64,000 nucleotides of DNA from Gemmatimonadota bacterium (GCA_016719105.1 JADKAQ010000046.1:518272-582271), one strand, 5' to 3'; shown: positions 49,848-59,110, numbered from the stretch's first letter. A program made the numbers and translations. Notes: a model not told the origin generated them from the letters alone.

Positions 49848-50938
49848 CACGCATGTTCGTTCCGGCGGTCGCGCTGGCGATCGCCTCCGTCAGCGGCTCG
49901 TCGGCGATGGCACAAGCGACCGCCGACACGGCCGTGACGGTCAAGTTCGGCGGGTTCGTCGACGGTTACTACGCGTACGATTTCAACCGGCCGCGCACAC
50001 TCGACCGCGCCTTCAGCACGCAGCCGGCGCGGCATAACGAGTTCAATATCAACCTCGCCCACGTCGAGGCGGTGTTGAGCGGCGCGAGAGTGCGCGGGCG
50101 ACTCGCAGTGCAGTTCGGCACGTCGGTGCAGTCCAACTACGCCGCTGAGCCGCGCGTGGGTTCGTACAGTGGAGGCGACGTCTCGCGCTACATCCAGGAA
50201 GCGGTGGTCGGGGTCAAGCTGACCCCCTCGCTCTGGCTCGACGGCGGGATCTACTTGTCCCACATCGGGAGCGAATCGTGGATCTCGCGCGACAACCTCA
50301 CCTACACACGCTCGCTCATCGCCGACTACTCGCCGTACTATCAATCGGGGGTGAAGCTCACCTGGCAGGCGACGCCGTCGCTCACCGCGCAGCTCAACGT
50401 GGTCAACGGGTGGCAGAACATCTCGGAGACCAACGGCAACAAGGCGGTCGGCGGACGGCTCGACTGGGCTGCCACACCCAAGGTGACGCTCTCGGCATAC
50501 AATCTCATCGGCAACGAGACGCCCGACAGCGTCGACGCTCAGCTTCGCATCTTCCAGGGGGGGAGCGTGAAGCTCGTGGCCAACGACAAGCTGACGCTGA
50601 TGGGGACGTTCGATTTCGGCATGCAGGACCTGGTGGCCGAGACGGGGCGCTGGTACGGCACGTCGCTCATCGCTCGCGTGCAGGCTACCTCCACGACGGC
50701 GCTGGTGGCTCGCGTCGAGCGCTACGCCGATCCGAAGCAGGTCATCATCGTGACGGGAGGGGCCGACGCCTTCAAGGCGAACGGTGGGTCGTTCGGGGTC
50801 GACGTGACGCCGGCGCCCAAGGTGCTCTGGCGCACCGAGCTTCGCGCGCTCGCCGGGAGCAACGCGGTCTTCCCCAGGCGGGATGGCACGGCGAAGAGCA
50901 ACGCCTTCATCGTTTCCTCGCTGGCGCTCACCTTCTAG
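49844..50938 (+). CDS. outer-membrane beta-barrel porin encoded inside the kdp operon
   Basis: The ATG overlaps the kdpC stop (ATGA). Signal peptide ...SSAMAQA, alternating beta-strand pattern, C-terminal ...SSLALTF (terminal Phe). Confidence 0.75.
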   Translation: MTRMFVPAVALAIASVSGSSAMAQATADTAVTVKFGGFVDGYYAYDFNRPRTLDRAFSTQPARHNEFNINLAHVEAVLSGARVRGRLAVQFGTSVQSNYAAEPRVGSYSGGDVSRYIQEAVVGVKLTPSLWLDGGIYLSHIGSESWISRDNLTYTRSLIADYSPYYQSGVKLTWQATPSLTAQLNVVNGWQNISETNGNKAVGGRLDWAATPKVTLSAYNLIGNETPDSVDAQLRIFQGGSVKLVANDKLTLMGTFDFGMQDLVAETGRWYGTSLIARVQATSTTALVARVERYADPKQVIIVTGGADAFKANGGSFGVDVTPAPKVLWRTELRALAGSNAVFPRRDGTAKSNAFIVSSLALTF

Positions 50939-50951
50939 CGCACGGCCTCGC

Positions 50952-52142
50952 GTGACCGACCCGCTCACCCACGATACCACCGGCTTCTTCGAGATCGTCC
51001 GCCGCCGCGAGCGGGGGAAGCTCAAGGTGTATGTGGGGTCGGCGGCAGGGACGGGAAAGACGTTTCGCATGCTGCAGGAAGCGCACGACCTGCGGCGGCG
51101 CGGGGTGGACGTGGTGGTGGGTTTCGTGGAAACGCACCGTCGGGTGGAGACCGAAGCGCAGATCGGCGACCTGGAGGTCGTGCCGCGGAAGTCGATCGCC
51201 TACCGCAACGTCTCGCTGGACGAGATGGATCTCGACGCGATCATCGCGCGTCGCCCACAGGTGGCGATCGTCGACGAGCTGGCGCACACCAACGTCCCGG
51301 GGGCACGGCACCGCAAGCGTTGGGAAGACGTCCTCGAACTGCTCGACGAGGGGATCAACGTCATTTCCGCGGTCAACGTGCAGCACCTGGAGTCGCTCAA
51401 CGACGTCATCCAGCGCACGTTAGGCGTGACGGTGCGCGAGACGGTCCCCGACTGGGTCCTCTCCTCGGCCGACCAGGTCGTCAACCTCGACATCTCGGCC
51501 GAGGACCTGCGCCAGCGCCTGCGCGAGGGGAAGATCTACGCCCCGGAGAAGGTCCCCGCCGCGCTCTCCAACTTCTTCACCGACGAGAACCTCACCACGC
51601 TGCGCGAGCTGGCGCTGCGCGAGGTGGCGAGCTCGGTGGACCGCGTGCGCGAGGAGATCGTGCGGCGCGAGGAGGGCGGTCCGGTCGAGCGCCCGACGGT
51701 CGATCGCATTCTCGTCGCGATGTCGAGCAGCCCCACGTACACCGCACGCCTGCTGCGCCGCGCCAGTCGCATCGCCGGGCGCCTCAACACCGACTGGTAC
51801 TGCGTGTGGGTACAGACGCCTGACGAGCGCGCCGATCGCATCGACAGCGCCGTGCAACGCAAGCTGGTGGACAACATCCAGATGGCGCAGACGCTCGGCG
51901 CCGAAGTGGTCAAGCTGCAAGGCGACGACGTGGCCGCTGCGATCCTTCGCTTTGCCCGCGAGCGCGGCGTGACGCTGGCGCTGGTGGGGCAGAGCCGGCG
52001 CTCGTGGTGGCATCGGCTGCGCAACGGGTCGGTGGTCACGCAGCTCATCGACAACACGGAGGGACTCGACGTACTGGTCGTGTCGCTCGACGAACCCACG
52101 GGAGGCGAGCGCCTGACGAGCGCCGACGAGTCATGCGCGTAG
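50952..52142 (+). CDS. stand-alone KdpD N-terminal sensor domain plus Usp domain protein
   Basis: GTG 50952. GKLKVYVGSAAGTGKTFRML (Walker-A-like), VVGFVETH, IVDELAHTN, INVISAVNVQHLESLND and EGKIY are the KdpD N-terminal blocks. A Usp-like segment follows. No membrane or kinase part. Confidence 0.85.
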   Translation: MTDPLTHDTTGFFEIVRRRERGKLKVYVGSAAGTGKTFRMLQEAHDLRRRGVDVVVGFVETHRRVETEAQIGDLEVVPRKSIAYRNVSLDEMDLDAIIARRPQVAIVDELAHTNVPGARHRKRWEDVLELLDEGINVISAVNVQHLESLNDVIQRTLGVTVRETVPDWVLSSADQVVNLDISAEDLRQRLREGKIYAPEKVPAALSNFFTDENLTTLRELALREVASSVDRVREEIVRREEGGPVERPTVDRILVAMSSSPTYTARLLRRASRIAGRLNTDWYCVWVQTPDERADRIDSAVQRKLVDNIQMAQTLGAEVVKLQGDDVAAAILRFARERGVTLALVGQSRRSWWHRLRNGSVVTQLIDNTEGLDVLVVSLDEPTGGERLTSADESCA

Positions 52143-53176
52143 GCCAACGGCTCTTCCTGGCGGTACTTCCGGCGATCGTGGGGCTCCTGACCGTGACCGC
52201 ACTCGTCTATTGGGGCGAGTACTCTCGGCAGGCACCGGAGTGGCTCGTGATCGCGGCGGTTGTGGCGGCCCTTGGCTCCGCCGTGCTGGCGTGGCGCAAT
52301 ACGCGGTATGTCGCACAACGCGTGGAGCAGCTGGCGGCACGTCGCGGCGAGCGCGATGATGCGAGCGTCTCCTTCCGGCGCGCCTCGGAACTGCTGGGGA
52401 TGGCGCTCCACCCGCAGGGATCGCGCGATCAAGGGATCGATGAGCTGGACCGCATCGAGCTCCTCGTCGATCGCCTGAGTGACGCGCTCGCGCAATCGCG
52501 CACCGCCCAGGCCGCGCAGGGTGAGTTGATCGCGCAACGGCAACGCGAGTACGAGACGCTGGTGGCGCAGGCGGTGGAAGGGGCGATGCACCAGCTCGAG
52601 GAAGTGCGCCTGCCGCTGCACATCCTGCTGGAGAATCGCTTCGGGGAGCTGAACGAGAATCAGGAGGAGATGATCGGCGCGGCGCGCAACGCCGCCGAGA
52701 CGGTCGACGCCGCGCTGTTGCGGCTGCGCGAGATCGTGCGACTCGACCTCGGGACCGTCACGTTGCGCAAGGAGCGGGTGCGGCTGCAGGACGTCGTGCA
52801 TGCCATCCTCCCGCCATTCACCACGGCAGCGAGCGATCAGGAGGTCACGGTGCAGGCGGATCTTCCGCCGACGCTCCCGGCCTTCGTTGCCGATCGCGGG
52901 CGCTTGCAGGAGGCCCTGTCGGTGATCCTGCACGAGATCCTGCGACAGTCGCCATCCGGCGCGACGCTCTCGCTCGAAGGGGAGGACGATCGGCGTGAAC
53001 TCCGCCTGGTGATTCGCGGCGGCGGCGTCCCGGAGCACGGAGAGCCGCTCGCGTACGCCGAACGACTCATCAGGGCGCACGCCGGGAGCGTCGAGACACT
53101 CGCGGGTCGTACCGTGGTGCACCTCCCGCGCAGCACGCGGGAGGATGTCCCTCTGTCGATCTCGCGTTCCCCGTAG
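52133..53176 (+). CDS. membrane histidine-kinase-like protein with degenerate ATP-binding domain
   Basis: ATG 52133 overlaps the upstream stop by 10 nt. Two TM helices and a DHp-like helix (MHQLEEVRLPLHILLENRFGELNENQ). No clear N box or DxGxG in the C-terminal domain (LHEILRQSPSG, IRGGGVPEHG). Confidence 0.6.
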   Translation: MRVGQRLFLAVLPAIVGLLTVTALVYWGEYSRQAPEWLVIAAVVAALGSAVLAWRNTRYVAQRVEQLAARRGERDDASVSFRRASELLGMALHPQGSRDQGIDELDRIELLVDRLSDALAQSRTAQAAQGELIAQRQREYETLVAQAVEGAMHQLEEVRLPLHILLENRFGELNENQEEMIGAARNAAETVDAALLRLREIVRLDLGTVTLRKERVRLQDVVHAILPPFTTAASDQEVTVQADLPPTLPAFVADRGRLQEALSVILHEILRQSPSGATLSLEGEDDRRELRLVIRGGGVPEHGEPLAYAERLIRAHAGSVETLAGRTVVHLPRSTREDVPLSISRSP

Positions 53177-53180
53177 TTCG

Positions 53181-54626
53181 TCAGGCGGTGGCGCGATTCG
53201 TCGTCCGCGACTCGCTCGCGAGTCGCGCGTAGATGCGGGTCGCGGTCTCGGCCACTCGTGGATCGCGATCGCGCCGGAACTGCGCAATGACGCTGAGCGC
53301 CGCGCCACCGCGCGCGTCGGCCACCGCCTCGATCGACGCACACCGGAACTCGCTGCTCATGTCGGCGGACCCACGACCGCCCTGCGGCGACAGCAGCGTC
53401 TTGATCAGCTTCTGCACCGCATCGGGGGTCCCCAGGCGGCCGAGCGCCGAGATGATCTGCAGCTTCATGTCCGGATCGCCATCCGCGTCGAGGGCCACAC
53501 CGAGCTGGCGGGCCGAGGAGCCTTCGATGCGCGCGATCGTGGCGGAGCTGGCGAAGTAGCGCACCTGCGCCGACGGATCGTTCACCGCCTCGTGCAATGC
53601 GGCCAGGGCGTCGGGGGTGCGCAGGCGAGCGAGCGCCGATGCGGCGGCGATGCGGCGCGGTTCCTCGGGCGACTTGAGCATGAGCGCGAGCGACCCTTCC
53701 ACGCCGTCGACGCGCATCTCCCCCAACAGCTCGGCGGCGTTGCGCGCCACGTACCACTGCTCGTCGTCCAGCGCCTGCATCAGCATCGAGATGCCGCTGC
53801 CCAGCGCCACCATGGCATCGAAGTAGGCGCGCCGCTCGTGCATGTCCTGCGATGCGACCAAGTGTGCGAAGAGCGCCTCGGCCCCATCCTCGCCCGCCTG
53901 CGACAGGACCGCGATGAGCGACTCGCGGCGACGGGCCGACGGGATGAGTTGTGCCGTCAGGCGCAACGCCATCGGGGAGATCAGGCGCTTCATCGCCAGC
54001 TCGGCGGTGTGGCGCAGGTTGTCGTGGTGGCTCTCCTGCTCGAACGTCGACATCGCGACCAGGACCGCCGCCACCGTGCGCGCGTCGCCTTCCGCGAGCG
54101 CTTCTTCGCCGCGCGTGGCCAGCTTGGCCAGCGCCGCTTCGGCATGGGCGTAGTCGGCGCCGTCGCGCAGCGAGAGCAGCATCTCGGCGGGGAGCACGGC
54201 CGTCACCGGCTTGGCGTCGAGCGAGGCGAGGCCGATGAACTCGACGTTCCACAGGCGCGCGTCGGACACCTCGCGCTCGATGGCATGCCCGCCTTGCGGG
54301 TCGCTGGGACGGACGCTGAGCAGGCGCGCCATCTCCAGGAAGTCGCGCGCGGGCGTGAGCTGGCGAATGCTCATGCGCCCGATGGCGTGGGCAAGGAACG
54401 CCGAGACGAGCGCCTCGGTCCCCGGCGCATCGAAGGGGACGGCGTCATCTCCACCGATGCGCAGCAGGTCACCGTCGAGTTCGAGGGCGAGCGGGCGTCG
54501 CCGCGACCGATTCTCCACGTCCCGGGCCGCCGCATCGCGCGCGGCGGAGCCCGGGTACGTGGAGGCACAAGTCTCGATCAGGCGCGACAGTGCCTGGACG
54601 TACTCCCTTCCGTCATCACTCGACAT
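53181..54626 (-). CDS. HEAT/PBS-lyase-repeat protein
   Basis: 481 aa. Repeated helical hairpins with the A-x-x-L-G-x-x-x-x-x-x-A-V-x-x-L pattern, e.g. ASALARLRTPDALAALHEAVNDPSAQVR and ISALGRLGTPDAVQKLIKTL. Confidence 0.7.
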   Translation of the reverse strand: MSSDDGREYVQALSRLIETCASTYPGSAARDAAARDVENRSRRRPLALELDGDLLRIGGDDAVPFDAPGTEALVSAFLAHAIGRMSIRQLTPARDFLEMARLLSVRPSDPQGGHAIEREVSDARLWNVEFIGLASLDAKPVTAVLPAEMLLSLRDGADYAHAEAALAKLATRGEEALAEGDARTVAAVLVAMSTFEQESHHDNLRHTAELAMKRLISPMALRLTAQLIPSARRRESLIAVLSQAGEDGAEALFAHLVASQDMHERRAYFDAMVALGSGISMLMQALDDEQWYVARNAAELLGEMRVDGVEGSLALMLKSPEEPRRIAAASALARLRTPDALAALHEAVNDPSAQVRYFASSATIARIEGSSARQLGVALDADGDPDMKLQIISALGRLGTPDAVQKLIKTLLSPQGGRGSADMSSEFRCASIEAVADARGGAALSVIAQFRRDRDPRVAETATRIYARLASESRTTNRATA

Positions 54627-54731
54627 GAACTCGACCCCGCCGGCTCGGTGTGGGTCTGAGTATCGACCGAAGGCAGGCCGCGGATTAACCGCTGCAAATC
54701 ATTCCTTGCAGCGGCGGTTGCGTGACCGCGA

Positions 54732-57233
54732 TCACATTCCGGGAGCCAGCCGCCGGAAGAACGAGTCGGGATGCCAGCGCGGCCTGCGATCGCGATCGGC
54801 GACCCGCTTCACCACGTCCAGGTAGTAGCGCGTGAATCCCTCGGCGGTCGCCTGGTCGACATGCTGCGTGACGTCGTCCTGCGGGAAGTGATAGCGCGTG
54901 GCACGGAACGCCTTCACTGCCTCGTGCTCCGGGGTATCGAGGGCGAAGCCCACCTTGAACGAGAGCGACGGGATTCCGCGCAGGATGAACGAGTACTGGT
55001 CGCTGCGGATGAAGCGATTCTCCTCGGGCTCGGGGTCGCTCACCACCGCAAGGCCCAACGCCTCGCCAGCTGCACGGGCGTCGGCCGCCAGGTCCGACTC
55101 CTCCAGCCCGTTCACCATGATCCTGGTGAGCGGGACGATGGGCATGAACATGTCGGTGTTGAGGTTGGCGACGATGCGCTCCGCCTTCACCGTGGGGTGA
55201 TTGGCCAGGTAGCGCGAGCCGAGCAGCCCCTTCTCCTCGGCGGTGACCGCCGCGAAGAGGACGGAGCGGCGGAGCTTGCTCCCGCCCTCTTTCAACCGAC
55301 GGGCCATTTCCATGAGGAGGGCGGTGCCGGAGGCGTTGTCCATCGCCCCGTTGTAGATCGAATCGCCGTTGACGGCGCGCCCAATCCCGACGTGGTCGAG
55401 GTGGGCCGTCAGCACGACGACTTCGTCCTTGAGCTGCGGGTCGGAGCCGGGGAAGAGTCCGAGCACGTTGTCGGAGGTGACGCGCCCGGTGACGAGCGCC
55501 ACGCGCGAGCGGATGCGCACCGGCAGGTTGAAGCGCGGGAGCTTCAGCCCGCTGTCGGCGCGCGCGGCGATGGCAGCGTACGGCTCGGCGGCGCCGTCGA
55601 AGAGCTTGGCGGCGCGGGCAGCGTTCCAGCCGAGGGCGAGGGAGTTGCCACGCTGAGCGTCGAGCGATGCGTCGTCGAGCGTCAGCTGCGGCGCAAGGCG
55701 ATTGGCGCTCGCGCGCGTGAAGGCCGCGTCGTTGGTGCGCGACCCGCCGAAGGTGATGACGCCAACCGCGCCGAGCTTCCGGAACGTCTCCCACGACTGG
55801 GCGCGCGAGTGCGAGATGACCGGGCCGGGGACCCCCTTGGGCATCTGCGTCATGTACACCACGACCTTCCCTTTCACGTCGAGCCCCGTGAGGTCGTCGA
55901 CACCGTACTCCGGGAGCTGCAACCCGTAGCCGGCAAAGACGAGCGGCGCCTCGACCGACGCGGCGAGCGGGGCGCGCAAGACGAAGGCAGCGTCCTGCCC
56001 CAGCGTGAGCGACTCTTCCTTCCCGTCGCGCAGCAGGGTGAGCGCGGAGCGCGACTCGTCGATCGTGCGCGAGAGGAATCGCACCGGCTGGAAGTAGCCG
56101 TTGGTTCCCGCCGGCCGGAGCCCCGCCCGGGCGAAGGCGTTGGCGACGTACTCGGCTGTCTGGCGATGCTCCTTCGACCCGGTCTGACGACCGGCCATGG
56201 AGTCGTGGCTCAGGCGCTCGACGTCGCGCCACCATCGTTCGCTGGTCTGGGCGCTGCCGGGCCGAGCGTTCGAGAGTCGGAGGACGGCGTCCCGGATGGC
56301 GGGCCAGGTGACCGATTGGGGCGACATGACCTCATGATGCCCGGCCTTGGGGACCACGATGATCTCCACGCTGTCGCCCTTGGCGCGCGCGGCGGCGCCC
56401 CAGAGGTCGAGGTTCTTGCGCGGCATGATCCGGTCGGCCTCGCCCGCGATCATGACCTGCGGGACGCCTAACGGGAGCCAGTTCGATGGGGAGGCGTCGC
56501 GCCAGCGGTCGGGCACCTCGGTAGGGGAGCCGCCGAGGAGCTTGGGGATGGTCCCCTCGCCGCACATGCCATCGCCATAGGTGTTGAAGTCGTACAGGTC
56601 ACCAGGGCCGGCCAGGGCGACGACGCCAGCGATGGGGAGCGGGTTGGCAACGCGCAGCGGGGAGCCGGCGCCGAGCTTCGGACGGGCCGCCAGCCACAAT
56701 GCCATCTGGCCGCCGGCAGAGTGGCCGATGGCGATCACGCGCGTGAGGTCGAGCGGGTAGCGCGCGGCAAGGCCGCGCAGCGCATCGGCGGCGCTGGCGA
56801 CGTCGAGGAAGGTCCCGGGCCATCCGCCGCCGGGGTTGTCGCGGCGTCGGTACTCGACGTTCCATGTCGCGACGCCGGCATCGCGAAGCGCGTCGGCGAT
56901 GGGGGCGGCGTTGTTGGCGGCGGCGTAGCCGTGCACCCAGCAGCCGCCATGGATGACGATGGCCACGGCGAAGGGACCCTTGCCGCTCGGCAGGCGCAGC
57001 TCGCCGAACTGCAGCGAGTCGGCGCCGTAGGCAACGCGGGCGTCAGCCGGCTTGCTGGGGAGGGCGTTGATGTCGCTCGGCCTCAGGTAGTTCTGTGCCC
57101 GCGCGGTAGCGGAAGGCACGATCGACAGGGCGATCGAGAGCGCCAGCAGACGGGACGACGCGAGGGCCGCGATCACCCCAGCGAAAGCCGGGGCCCGGTG
57201 GCTCTTGGTGAAGTCGGAAGGACGAGATGGCAT
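54732..57233 (-). CDS. fusion protein: N-terminal alpha/beta-hydrolase (esterase) plus C-terminal PA-domain M28 aminopeptidase
   Basis: Start ATG 57231-57233. Signal peptide; VIHGGCWV and IGHSAGG (esterase); then LTAHLDHVG, GAMDNASGTA and FAAVTAEEKGLLGS (M28 zinc ligands) in one 833-aa frame. Confidence 0.8.
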   Translation of the reverse strand: MPSRPSDFTKSHRAPAFAGVIAALASSRLLALSIALSIVPSATARAQNYLRPSDINALPSKPADARVAYGADSLQFGELRLPSGKGPFAVAIVIHGGCWVHGYAAANNAAPIADALRDAGVATWNVEYRRRDNPGGGWPGTFLDVASAADALRGLAARYPLDLTRVIAIGHSAGGQMALWLAARPKLGAGSPLRVANPLPIAGVVALAGPGDLYDFNTYGDGMCGEGTIPKLLGGSPTEVPDRWRDASPSNWLPLGVPQVMIAGEADRIMPRKNLDLWGAAARAKGDSVEIIVVPKAGHHEVMSPQSVTWPAIRDAVLRLSNARPGSAQTSERWWRDVERLSHDSMAGRQTGSKEHRQTAEYVANAFARAGLRPAGTNGYFQPVRFLSRTIDESRSALTLLRDGKEESLTLGQDAAFVLRAPLAASVEAPLVFAGYGLQLPEYGVDDLTGLDVKGKVVVYMTQMPKGVPGPVISHSRAQSWETFRKLGAVGVITFGGSRTNDAAFTRASANRLAPQLTLDDASLDAQRGNSLALGWNAARAAKLFDGAAEPYAAIAARADSGLKLPRFNLPVRIRSRVALVTGRVTSDNVLGLFPGSDPQLKDEVVVLTAHLDHVGIGRAVNGDSIYNGAMDNASGTALLMEMARRLKEGGSKLRRSVLFAAVTAEEKGLLGSRYLANHPTVKAERIVANLNTDMFMPIVPLTRIMVNGLEESDLAADARAAGEALGLAVVSDPEPEENRFIRSDQYSFILRGIPSLSFKVGFALDTPEHEAVKAFRATRYHFPQDDVTQHVDQATAEGFTRYYLDVVKRVADRDRRPRWHPDSFFRRLAPGM

Positions 57234-57481
57234 CGGCGCCCAAGGGAGGGGTGGCGTGCGCGGGAAGCGTTCGTGCGTACAGGACGCTATCGCGATTCGC
57301 TCGGCGCAGGAAGCCAAGGCGATGGTGGAATGGGCGGCCCCGGCCCGGTCTCGCGTCGTGCCGCGGTCTTCTCCGCTCCGCCAGGGTACCCGGGGTGCAC
57401 GCCGACCCACGACGTGCGAACGCCGCCGAAGTGCGCTATCGTCTGCGCAGCGTCCTTCATCCCACGCCCAGCCGCCAGCCC

Positions 57482-58939
57482 ATGCACCCGATTGCCCGGA
57501 CCACGATTGGCTCGCTCGCCGCCGCCGCGGCGCTCCTCTCCTCAACGGTTGCGGCGCAGCAGAAGGCGCCGATCTACACCCCGGGACAGCTCAATCCCAA
57601 CCAGCAGCTCGCGCGCGAGATCTACAAGGAACTGGTGGAGATCAACACCGGAGTGGAGACGGGAGACATAACGGCGGCGGCGCAGGCGATGGCGAAGCGC
57701 TTCCGAGCGGCCGGGATCCCCGAGGGCGACATCTTCGTGGGGGGGCCGCAGCCCAAGAAGCACAACCTGGTCGTGCGACTGCGCGGCAAGGGGGGGCCGA
57801 ATGCGGGGAAGCCGCTGCTCCTGCTGGCGCACATCGACGTGGTCGAGGCGCTCAAGGCCGACTGGTCGCCGGATCTCGATCCGTTCGTCTTCACCGAGCG
57901 CGACGGCTACTACTACGGACGCGGGACCGCCGACGACAAGGCGATGGCGTCGATCTTCGTGGCCAACGTCTTCCGGATGAAGCAGGAAGGCTACGTCCCG
58001 GACCGCGACATCATCATCGCCCTCACCGCCGATGAGGAGAGCGGGCCGTTCAACGGCGTGGATTGGCTGACGAAGAACCACCGCGAGCTGGTTGATGCCG
58101 CCGTGGTCATCAACGAAGGGGGAGGCGGGACGCTGCGCGAGGGCAAGCACCTCTTCAACACGGTGCAGGCGGCGGAGAAGATCACGACCAACTTCACGCT
58201 GCGGGCCACCAACCGCGGCGGGCATTCGTCGGTCCCGCGCGACGACAATGCCATCACGCAGCTCGCCGACGCCCTCGCCAAGGTGGGGCGCCATCGTTTT
58301 CCGGTGCAGCTGAGCGAGGTGACGCGCGCCTTCTTCTCGCAGACCGCCAACCTCGAGACGCCGGAGGTGGGGAAGGCGATGAAGGCGCTCGTGGCCAACC
58401 CGCAGGATGCCGCCGCCCTTGGCGTGCTGCAGAAGGACCCGCGCTACAACTCGATGCTGCGCACGAGCTGCGTGGCCACGCAGCTCAACGGCGGCCACGC
58501 GACCAATGCGCTCCCGCAGCTGGCGGAGGCCAACGTCAACTGCCGCATCTACCCCACCAGCAGCGCCGCCGAGGTGCGCGCGGAGCTGGAGCGCGTGATC
58601 GGCGACACCAACGTGAAGGTGATCATCAAGTCGCAGCGCCCCTCGACGCCGTCGACCGCGCTGGCGCGCGACGTGATGGGGCCCATCGAACGCATCACGA
58701 AGGAGATGTGGGGGAACATCCCCGTCATCCCGACCATGAGCACCGGGGCGACGGACTCGCGATTCTTCCGCGCGTTAGGCGTGCCGGCGTACGGCGTGTC
58801 GGGCTTGTTCAGCGACCCCACGGTCGACGCGCGGGCGCACGGGCGCGACGAGCGGATGGGGGTGCGGAGCTATTTCGAGGGACAGGAGTTCCTGTATCGG
58901 CTGACAAAGGCGCTGGCGTCGACGACATCGATTCAATAG
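57482..58939 (+). CDS. M20-family metallopeptidase, secreted
   Basis: Start ATG 57482. LLAHIDVVEA, GRGTADDKAM, ALTADEESG and HGRDERM are M20/M25/M40 metal-ligand blocks. Confidence 0.85.
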   Translation: MHPIARTTIGSLAAAAALLSSTVAAQQKAPIYTPGQLNPNQQLAREIYKELVEINTGVETGDITAAAQAMAKRFRAAGIPEGDIFVGGPQPKKHNLVVRLRGKGGPNAGKPLLLLAHIDVVEALKADWSPDLDPFVFTERDGYYYGRGTADDKAMASIFVANVFRMKQEGYVPDRDIIIALTADEESGPFNGVDWLTKNHRELVDAAVVINEGGGGTLREGKHLFNTVQAAEKITTNFTLRATNRGGHSSVPRDDNAITQLADALAKVGRHRFPVQLSEVTRAFFSQTANLETPEVGKAMKALVANPQDAAALGVLQKDPRYNSMLRTSCVATQLNGGHATNALPQLAEANVNCRIYPTSSAAEVRAELERVIGDTNVKVIIKSQRPSTPSTALARDVMGPIERITKEMWGNIPVIPTMSTGATDSRFFRALGVPAYGVSGLFSDPTVDARAHGRDERMGVRSYFEGQEFLYRLTKALASTTSIQ

Positions 58940-58963
58940 CGCATCCTCGCTCGAAAAGCTCGA

Positions 58964-59085
58964 CACAGAGGTTCACGGAGGTTACACGGAGGATCACAGA
59001 GGAGTTCATGGGCGCGTGCGACTCTCGTGCGACCAGCGTGCGTTTTCCTCTGTAAACCTCCGTGAATCCTCCGTGAACCTCTGTG
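58964..59085. repeat. 122-bp composite inverted repeat (39-nt arms built from four tandem CACRGAGG decamers)
   Basis: Left arm CACAGAGGTTCACGGAGGTTACACGGAGGATCACAGAGG (58964-59002). Right arm CCTCTGTAAACCTCCGTGAATCCTCCGTGAACCTCTGTG (59047-59085). Lies between convergent peptidase genes and is AT-richer than its surroundings. Confidence 0.85.
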
Positions 59086-59110
59086 TCATGCTCTCCACGA
59101 CGAATACTCA

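Noticed and set aside
49475-54659. Series of long antisense or off-frame ORFs (49475-51070, 51536-53341, 52837-54252, 53145-54659) across the kdpC / porin / kdpD-N / HEAT region
   Set aside because: All are Arg/Ala/Pro/Gly-rich mirror frames of genes with convincing motifs and operon-consistent junctions.
54685-56471. 516-aa (-) and 566-aa (+) ORFs overlapping the esterase-M28 fusion gene
   Set aside because: Off-frame and antisense artefacts. Only the 54732-57233 frame shows M28 and esterase catalytic motifs.
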